From a virus (lineage: Duplodnaviria; Caudoviricetes): a stretch of DNA of 59,854 bases. Location of the stretch: positions 1 through 59,854 of the IMG/VR virus record IMGVR_UViG_3300038393_000622. One strand, written 5' to 3'. The translations under genes were made by a program, and so were the position numbers. Below, one piece after another: positions 54,064-59,854 of this stretch. The notes under the pieces are model-generated. The model saw only the letters and a program-made list of their open reading frames with translations. It ran no database searches and was not told the DNA's origin. Every line of letters starts with the position of its first letter. Position 1 is the stretch's first letter.

Positions 54064-54255
54064 TCACTTAGCCAGTTCGAAATGCTGCTCGCGGGTGATG
54101 CCGCGCGGCTCGGTATCCAGCGGTGCCTTGCCGCAGTACGCGAAGCAGCCGATGGTCTGCTCCACGCCGTCCACCGCTCGCTTGACGCCGTAGACATGAA
54201 GCTCGGGGGTGTTCCAGATGCATTCGGTACGGGTTGATGCGGAAGCGGTGGTCAT
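54064..54255 (-). CDS. Hypothetical protein
   Basis: GGAG RBS. Confidence 0.5.
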   Translation of the reverse strand: MTTASASTRTECIWNTPELHVYGVKRAVDGVEQTIGCFAYCGKAPLDTEPRGITREQHFELAK

Positions 54256-54285
54256 GGTGTGCTCCGATTGGGCTGATGCGATGAA

Positions 54286-54564
54286 CTACGCGATGCCGGC
54301 GCCGGCTTTGTTGTACAGCTTGATTCCGAGCTTCCGGTTCGCGCGCTTCGTGTCCGCGACTTGCGCAGCCAGTGCAGTGGCGCTCGGAGGCGCCATCGTT
54401 CCCGCAACATCGGCCGGCTTCGAACCTTTTTTAACCATGCCCACACGACGCTGCGCGCGGGCTGTTCCTCGTGCTACCTTGGGACTTGCTTTCATCTGGC
54501 GCTCTCCGATATGGTTTTGTTGTCGGGCTTTAACCAAGTCCCGCTTGGGCATGTGGGCGCGCAT
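54286..54564 (-). CDS. Hypothetical basic protein (start uncertain)
   Basis: Open frame in the operon. Confidence 0.35.
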   Translation of the reverse strand: MRAHMPKRDLVKARQQNHIGERQMKASPKVARGTARAQRRVGMVKKGSKPADVAGTMAPPSATALAAQVADTKRANRKLGIKLYNKAGAGIA

Positions 54565-54676
54565 GCTGGCCTGTGATGATTTCGGGCTACCTTCACTTCT
54601 ACGTACTGAGTCAGCTATCGCTCGTCCTTTAAACGGGATCGGGTACTAGCCGTCCGGATCCAGTCATGCGATCCAC

Positions 54677-54827
54677 CACAGAGCAAGGGGCTGGGCGCTA
54701 CTCCAGCTATCGGGCACTCCTAAATATTCCGCGCGTCTCGGCCATGCCGCCCCGACCACGACACCGGGCGTGCGAACTCCCGGCTTACCTGTAGCGTGTC
54801 TGCTCTCCACGCCGCCCTTGCTCTGTG
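54677..54827 (-). ncRNA. tRNA-like structured RNA candidate
   Basis: 13-bp perfect closing stem, D-arm-like hairpin after a 2-nt linker, T-arm-like hairpin stacked on the 3' strand. Confidence 0.6.
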
Positions 54828-55241
54828 ATGGCTACCTCCGGGCAGCCATCGTGTCTGTCTATCTGTTTTACGATTTCGCGCTTGCCGGTATGCAGGCCGA
54901 CAAGCGCATGACCTAGCCGTACTCAAATTGCTCCGGCCTTGCGGCTGTTTTGCGGCCCGCTTCGCCAAATCCATCTGCATATGGCACCGGATGAATCCGG
55001 TAGAGGCAACGGGCGGCGGTATTCGGTATCAGGTGCATTCGCTCTCCGTATTCAGTGGCTCCTTACGAGAGCCAGGCGGCACCCTTACGAAAGTGCGATC
55101 GCTCATCCGATGAGTTCGGCCTCTGCTTTTGACCCGAGACATTGGCAAGCGGCAGATTGTGTTTCGCAGTGCCGCGCTCCGATTCCCCCTATTTCCTGAC
55201 CCGGTGGCAGGCAATCCGCGAGAAGGCGCGGCCCTTTGAAA

Positions 55242-55430
55242 TCAATGACGGCGCATCGAATCCATCTGCCGCACGACCTTGGCATGCACTCCGCGCGGCT
55301 TGAATGGAAAGCGCGGATCCTCACCAAATTCCTCTTCCCACTCCGCGCGCTGGCGATCCTCTTCTTCGCAGCACAGGCGCTCATAAAGAGCGTCTTCGCG
55401 AGCTTCGGTGCGGTCCTTGGCGGTCAACAT
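55242..55430 (-). CDS. Hypothetical protein
   Basis: AGGAGG RBS. Confidence 0.55.
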   Translation of the reverse strand: MLTAKDRTEAREDALYERLCCEEEDRQRAEWEEEFGEDPRFPFKPRGVHAKVVRQMDSMRRH

Positions 55431-55439
55431 GGCAACCTC

Positions 55440-55574
55440 CTACCGCGCCATTTCCGGCGCGCGATTCACCAGATGCCAGCCAAGCTGCTCGCGAACCTGC
55501 GCGGGAGTCGGCGGCGGCTTGTGTTCGGCAGTGCGCTGCTGCATCCACTGCCTGATTTGCTCTTTCGTCGGCAT
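55440..55574 (-). CDS. Small protein MPTKEQIRQWM...QVREQLGW (44 aa)
   Basis: AGGAG RBS; below the ORF-track cutoff. Confidence 0.6.
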   Translation of the reverse strand: MPTKEQIRQWMQQRTAEHKPPPTPAQVREQLGWHLVNRAPEMAR

Positions 55575-55583
55575 CGAAATCTC

Positions 55584-55715
55584 CTAGATCGTTGCGACAA
55601 CGTGCATCACGCGAGCCACCGCCTGATGGGCCACGGTGCCGAGCATGAAGCCGAGCGCGGTCGCAAGGACCAAGGCGGCGACGGAGAGGAACACGTAGTG
55701 CAGAACAGATTTCAT
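55584..55715 (-). CDS. Small membrane peptide (43 aa), first gene after pL
   Basis: MKSVLHYVFLSVAALVLA... hydrophobic. Confidence 0.5.
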   Translation of the reverse strand: MKSVLHYVFLSVAALVLATALGFMLGTVAHQAVARVMHVVATI

Positions 55716-55748
55716 GGCTGGCTCGCTGTTTGGTGAGGCGATGGAGTC

Positions 55749-55789
55749 ATTAAACCATAGGTTGATTACGAATTCAACCGAAAGTTGAA
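55749..55789 (-). promoter_or_regulatory. pL promoter with two operators (OL)
   Basis: TTGAAT-N17-TTTAAT on the minus strand; operators TAAACCATAGGTTGA (55751) and TCAACCGAAAGTTGA (55774). Confidence 0.8.
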
Positions 55790-55862
55790 TTGTGCGGCGA
55801 AAAATGTGGGTTTATTTGCAGCGGCCTGCTTTGCGGCGCCGGATTGTGGAATGGGGGAAATG

Positions 55863-55883
55863 AAAAGCCCGCTCATGGCGGGC
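55863..55883 (-). terminator. Terminator of the immunity transcript
   Basis: GCCCGC-CATGA-GCGGGC-TTTT on the minus strand. Confidence 0.7.
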
Positions 55884-55914
55884 GTGGGGTGATGGCGTTA
55901 CTACTATTGAGATG

Positions 55915-56277
55915 CTACGGCGTTCGTTTTTCGCATGACTGCGCCGCCGCCATTATGGATTCCCTGCCGGCTGGCGTGGCACTTCGGTATAGCTGAAGAA
56001 GCTCGCGCTCCATTAAGTCTACACGTTCGAGAGTTGAGGGCGGGAGTGTGGGCGCTTGGGTATAAACTGTCGCCAGGTCGCCGCGACCTGTCTGTAACCA
56101 GATAGCACTGACGCCAAGTGCGAGCGCGATTGATGCGAGGCGGGTAGAGCTTTGCGACTCGCCAATTTCAAGCTGCGAAACTGCACCCTTGGTCATCCCG
56201 GCTTTTTCGGCAAGCTGTGCCTGCGTCAGGCCGGCGCGCAACCTGGCTTCGCGAACGCGTGAGCCGACCGACATCAC
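55915..56277 (-). CDS. Second XRE-family HTH regulator
   Basis: RVREAR...LTQAQLAEKAGM...VSQLE.G...IALALGVS..WL..G. Confidence 0.9.
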   Translation of the reverse strand: MMSVGSRVREARLRAGLTQAQLAEKAGMTKGAVSQLEIGESQSSTRLASIALALGVSAIWLQTGRGDLATVYTQAPTLPPSTLERVDLMERELLQLYRSATPAGRESIMAAAQSCEKRTP

Positions 56278-56378
56278 AGGTTACTCGGCGCCAGCTACGG
56301 CAAGGCCGATGAGGTTTGCGACGAAGGCCTTTTGCATTATTTCCCCTTGAGTCGGCATCTTGGCGTGCCGATGCGCCT

Positions 56379-56609
56379 TTAGCTGCGCACTTGGTCTAAG
56401 ACCTCCCGCACTAGCCTCTTCAGCTCTTCATTCTGCCTCTTCACCTCCTCCAGTGGCGATGCCTGGAGGCGAGACAGAATTTCGGCATTCATCGGTCGAC
56501 CGTTGTACTTTGCAGCGGCCTTTAGTTCTTCGTGGAGCGCCCGAGGCATCCTAACGGCGGTTTGGACGTAATCGATCTGAGTCTTGGTTTGGGTGGGAGG
56601 TTTGCTCAT
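56379..56609 (-). CDS. Arc-family ribbon-helix-helix regulator
   Basis: TAVRMP..LHEELKAAA..NGR.MNAEILSRL. Confidence 0.85.
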   Translation of the reverse strand: MSKPPTQTKTQIDYVQTAVRMPRALHEELKAAAKYNGRPMNAEILSRLQASPLEEVKRQNEELKRLVREVLDQVRS

Positions 56610-56789
56610 CCCCCGATTTTTTCATGGTGCACAAGCAAGTACGCGCCCCCGTTTCCACACTGAAAACAACACTCACGCTTTGCAGTTCTCCCGTGCAAGT
56701 GGTAGTGTTAAAAAATAACTTTGATTTCCGGTTTCTAACCGCTACAAAAAAGCGTACAGTTAGGATCCACCTATGGATGAGTGATAGCC

Positions 56790-56981
56790 ATGCAAAATCT
56801 TAGCGATGCTGAGCGGCTAACTTTGCTCGAAGCCCAGTTGCTACAAAACCTGCGATTGATGACGCCGGCCGCGCGAGCGGATCTGCTGGCGCTGTCTGAA
56901 ACGTACGTCAGCGACTTCCCTGTAACCGCCGGCCCCTCACTTAGTCTGGTTCCCAATACCAAGGCCAGAATCAACGGCTGA
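56790..56981 (+). CDS. Small protein resembling the repressor C-terminal domain (candidate antirepressor)
   Basis: ERLTLLEAQLLQNLR matches CI ERLDASEAQLVAYYR and XRE2 ERVDLMERELLQLYR. Confidence 0.6.
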   Translation: MQNLSDAERLTLLEAQLLQNLRLMTPAARADLLALSETYVSDFPVTAGPSLSLVPNTKARING

Positions 56982-57332
56982 GCCACCGACTGCCAGCATT
57001 TTGGCGTGGGACAGCAAGAACCTGCGCTGGATATCACCACACTCTCTGTAATAAGCGACCAGCTGGGCCTCTGACGCGTCCAGGCGCTCTAGCTTTGTCT
57101 CTTCCGATGGCGATACTACTGCTACTGGCTCTGCGGTGTCGCTCAGTAGCTGATCCACGGACAACCCCAAAAGTTGTGCGAGTTTGGGGATGTTCGTCTT
57201 GGCCACCTTGCCTGACCTAACCCACTTCGAAACGGCGTTATCAGACACGCCCATTTCACCGGCGAGCCAGCCCTGACTCTTCTCTAGGCGAGTCAGGGCG
57301 GCAGCTATCTTTTTGCCTACTTTTTCTGTCAT
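56937..57332 (-). CDS. CI-like repressor (HTH, no S24 peptidase domain)
   Basis: SQGWLAGEMGVSDNAVSKW HTH; divergent from cro with operators between. Confidence 0.88.
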   Translation of the reverse strand: MTEKVGKKIAAALTRLEKSQGWLAGEMGVSDNAVSKWVRSGKVAKTNIPKLAQLLGLSVDQLLSDTAEPVAVVSPSEETKLERLDASEAQLVAYYRECGDIQRRFLLSHAKMLAVGGSAVDSGLGIGNQTK

Positions 57333-57335
57333 GGC

Positions 57336-57407
57336 TGAATCATCGGTTTAATTTCGTGCGAATTCAACCAATCAACGGTTGAAAAAGAATTCAACCTGTG
57401 GTTTAAT
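57336..57407. promoter_or_regulatory. OR region: pRM, pR and three operators
   Basis: Operators at 57336, 57368 and 57391 (consensus TCAACC-N3-GGTTGA); pR TTGAAA-N17-TTTAAT; pRM TTGAAT-N17-GATGAT (minus). Confidence 0.8.
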
Positions 57408-57413
57408 TTAACC

Positions 57414-57689
57414 ATGGACGCACCAAACACATCAGCGATCGAACGAGCCGTCTCACTGGCTGACGGGGTGGCAAACCTCGCGGACGCCTGCGGTGTCTCC
57501 GTTCAAGCCGTCTACAAGTGGATCAAGAAGGGGCATCCGCCGACCGACCGGTGCGAGGCTGTCGAACTTGCCGTTCAAGGTCGGGTGTCCCGTTTCGAAT
57601 TGCTTCCGCCCGCATTCGCATCCAAGCCGCGAGTCACCCCAAGTCCACCACCTAAGAAAGCTCGCCATAAGCGCGCGCCGACCAGCTGA
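57414..57689 (+). CDS. Cro-like (YdaS-type) regulator
   Basis: LADACGVSVQAVYKW..KG.PP..RC..VE...G.VSR.EL.P. Confidence 0.88.
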   Translation: MDAPNTSAIERAVSLADGVANLADACGVSVQAVYKWIKKGHPPTDRCEAVELAVQGRVSRFELLPPAFASKPRVTPSPPPKKARHKRAPTS

Positions 57690-57872
57690 TTGACCGTCGC
57701 TCCCCAAATCTCTTCCCGCAGTAAGCATCACCGACTCCACAAAAAAATCGAACACGAATTCACTCTAGTCCAAGCACGTCGAATTTAGCCACTCAACGCC
57801 TCTCAACTTTGATGATGGAACTTGAGAGGCTACGAGAACCCAGCTTTTAGAAGTCGCGTATCGGAGGATGAA

Positions 57873-58253
57873 ATGTCAGCTCAACTCGCTCTCCCAGTCG
57901 AAGTCCGACCCGAGGAAGTGGCACGCGAAAAGACGCTCGGCGGGGCCATCGACCTGTGCGCCAAGCTCGCCGGATTTAGCCTGGACAAGACGTTGCAGCA
58001 AGAGCTGGGCGTGGACAAGGCGCAGTTCTCACGTTGGCAGTCTGGCACCGAGGGGATTGTCTGGCCCAAATTCGCCAAGCTCATGGACCTCTGCGGCAAT
58101 GACGCACCACTTCTGTGGATGCTGTTCCAGCGCGGCTACGACTTGGGCAGCCTGCGCAAGCGCGAAAACGAACTCGAACGCACCAACCGCGATTTGCGCG
58201 AGCAAGTAGCTGCGCTCACTCGCGTCCTCTCTTCGATGCACCAACACCAATAA
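57873..58253 (+). CDS. CII-like regulator
   Basis: GGAGG RBS; LGVDKAQFSRW HTH, CGN..PL.W; position after cro. Confidence 0.7.
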   Translation: MSAQLALPVEVRPEEVAREKTLGGAIDLCAKLAGFSLDKTLQQELGVDKAQFSRWQSGTEGIVWPKFAKLMDLCGNDAPLLWMLFQRGYDLGSLRKRENELERTNRDLREQVAALTRVLSSMHQHQ

Positions 58254-58267
58254 TCAGGAGACAACCC

Positions 58268-58642
58268 ATGAAACGCCCATACAAACCCGCCAGTGTGCAC
58301 TTGGCTGCCGTAGAAGCAGCGGTGCACTTCGCCGTCAAGCCGCTGACCGCCAAGGAGATCGGCACTCTGTGCGAGATCAACCAGAAGCGCGCCCTCGAAT
58401 TCCTCGCGATCCTCGCCGCAGAGCACAAGGTGCACGACCTGCCGAGCGGCATCAAGGGTAGCGGCAAGGTATGGGCAATCGGCAAGGCTCCGGAAATCGT
58501 GAAGCCTGCCGACTACGACGAAGAGGACAAGGAGTCCAATAGCATCCCGGTTCGCCGCATCTTCAAGTCCACCTGGGACGCGATCATGCTGCGCGATCCG
58601 CTCGTCTCCGCACTCTTCGGCGCTCCGCAGGTGATGGCATGA
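58268..58642 (+). CDS. Winged-HTH-like protein
   Basis: AGGAG RBS; PLTAKEIG...; C-terminal RDPLVSALFG. Confidence 0.6.
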   Translation: MKRPYKPASVHLAAVEAAVHFAVKPLTAKEIGTLCEINQKRALEFLAILAAEHKVHDLPSGIKGSGKVWAIGKAPEIVKPADYDEEDKESNSIPVRRIFKSTWDAIMLRDPLVSALFGAPQVMA

Positions 58643-58815
58643 ACGGCGCCGGCGTAACCCATGAGGTCAAGTCCGTCTCCGGACCGTCGACCTGGCCGAC
58701 GAAGATGATCCGCTGCGCAGGGCAGTGCGGCCGGCGCAAGAGCTTCATGCAGTTCGCGTCCGGCAGCACGGTTTGCGCGCAGTGCGTGCGGCGCATGCCG
58801 AAGGTGGCGGCATGA
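58639..58815 (+). CDS. Small Zn-finger protein
   Basis: ATGA overlaps on both sides; CAGQC...CAQC. Confidence 0.55.
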   Translation: MNGAGVTHEVKSVSGPSTWPTKMIRCAGQCGRRKSFMQFASGSTVCAQCVRRMPKVAA

Positions 58816-59663
58816 CAACTGAGCCAGTTACGTTCGGCTCGTCCTGCTCCGGCATTGAAGCCGCGAGCGTCGCGTGGAGCGAACTCGGATGGCGCGCAGT
58901 ATGGCTGGCTGAGATTGACCCCTTCGCCTGCGCCGTGCTCGCGCACCACTATCCAGATGTTCCCAACCTGGGCGACATGAACAGCATCCCTCAGTTGCTG
59001 CGAAACGGCGACATTCATGCGCCCGATGTGTTCTGTGGCGGCACGCCATGCCAGGCCTTTTCTGTTGCCGGACTCCGTAACTCCCTGGACGACGCCCGCG
59101 GCAACCTTTCTCTCAAATTCTGCGATATCGCCAATGAAATCGACATCCAACGCGCTGCAGCAGGACTTCTTCCTTGCATCATCAAATGGGAGAACGTTCC
59201 CGGCGTCCTCTCCACGAAGGACAACGCTTTCGGTTGCTTCCTCGGCCAATTGGCCGGCGATGACGAAGCGCTCACTCCCGAGCCTTGCCCCGCTGATGGC
59301 AAGTCGTCCCGCTACTGGAAGTGGGATAAGAAAGCCGGTGCACATTCACTCAGCTGGCCGCTCGCTGGTGCTGTCGCTGGACCCCAAAGAGCAATCGCGT
59401 GGCGAGTCCTCGATGCCCAATATTTCGGAGTGGCCCAACGACGCCGTCGTGTGTTCGTTGTCGCAAGTGCTCGAGAAGGGTTCGATCCCGCAGCGGTACT
59501 TTTTGAGTTCAAAGGCCTGCGAAGGGATACTGCGCCGTGCCGCAAGCAGGGGGAAGACGTTACCGGCACCCTTAGCAGCCGCACTTCAGGCGGTGGCGGA
59601 CTCGGAACCGATTTCGAGTGTAAGGGAGGGCTACAGCCGGTCCGGAATGAGTTGGCCGGCTGA
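58812..59663 (+). CDS. C5 DNA cytosine methyltransferase, N-terminal part (motifs I-VIII)
   Basis: CSGIEA, GGTPCQAFS, WENVPG, QRRRRVF; stops at TGA 59661 before motifs IX-X. Confidence 0.9.
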   Translation: MTTEPVTFGSSCSGIEAASVAWSELGWRAVWLAEIDPFACAVLAHHYPDVPNLGDMNSIPQLLRNGDIHAPDVFCGGTPCQAFSVAGLRNSLDDARGNLSLKFCDIANEIDIQRAAAGLLPCIIKWENVPGVLSTKDNAFGCFLGQLAGDDEALTPEPCPADGKSSRYWKWDKKAGAHSLSWPLAGAVAGPQRAIAWRVLDAQYFGVAQRRRRVFVVASAREGFDPAAVLFEFKGLRRDTAPCRKQGEDVTGTLSSRTSGGGGLGTDFECKGGLQPVRNELAG

Positions 59664-59854
59664 AGTTGCGCCGACCCTGAATGCAGCCTTCGGTTCCAAG
59701 CTCGGACTAGAGAATCAGCACATTCAGGGGGGGGGCTGGGCTGTTCGTCCCGGCAGTGATGCCTACCAACGGAGCTGCCTTTGTCGATTCCCATCCTACG
59801 CTGGCGGTCGCCCTGCGTGGCCGTGATGGCGGTGCCACCGCTGAATTGGGCGAT
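59413..59854 (+). CDS. Overlapping +1 frame ORF that joins the MTase C-terminal part across the junction when the tract is G8
   Basis: MPNISEWPNDAVVCSLSQVLE...YFLSSKACEGILRRA..RGKTLP...WPAEVAPTLNAAFGSKLGLENQH. Confidence 0.6.
59676..59854. repeat. Terminal direct repeat, copy 2
   Basis: Matches 1-178 with one extra G (G9). Confidence 0.95.

Noticed and set aside
54580-54676. Self-cleaving ribozyme in the non-coding early region
   Set aside because: I could not match hammerhead, twister or HDV core consensus by eye. An Infernal search would be needed.

Overview
This is a complete, circularly permuted genome (about 59.68 kb) of a temperate, lambda-like siphophage. Positions 1-178 recur at 59676-59854, and an intact attP (3' half of tRNA-Arg(UCU)) lies beside the integrase, so this is the excised form. 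Gene content suggests a betaproteobacterial host, plausibly Oxalobacteraceae (inference). Gene order around the circle: cro/cII, two DNA methyltransferases, O/P-like replication genes, a nin-like region and Q; HNH, cos region, terminase, portal, S49 protease and HK97 capsid; a siphoviral tail with GTA-type tip genes and a fibre; an acyltransferase moron; lysis genes; a phosphoesterase and DNA ligase; attP/int/xis; a long leftward early operon; and the immunity region. The main finding is an intact diversity-generating retroelement in the early operon. One template repeat (46921-47030) serves two small, apparently cytoplasmic C-type-lectin-fold (DUF1566-like) genes rather than the tail fibre, and the RT frame runs through the TR. 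Other highlights: a C5 methyltransferase split over overlapping frames with a G8/G9 tract that differs between the two contig ends; a repressor with no peptidase domain next to a stand-alone copy of its C-terminal domain (possible SinI-like antirepressor); a tRNA-mimic RNA in the early operon; DnaA boxes flanking attP; and an 867-aa polysaccharide-lyase-like gene in the early operon. All family assignments come from motif recognition by eye, not database searches.
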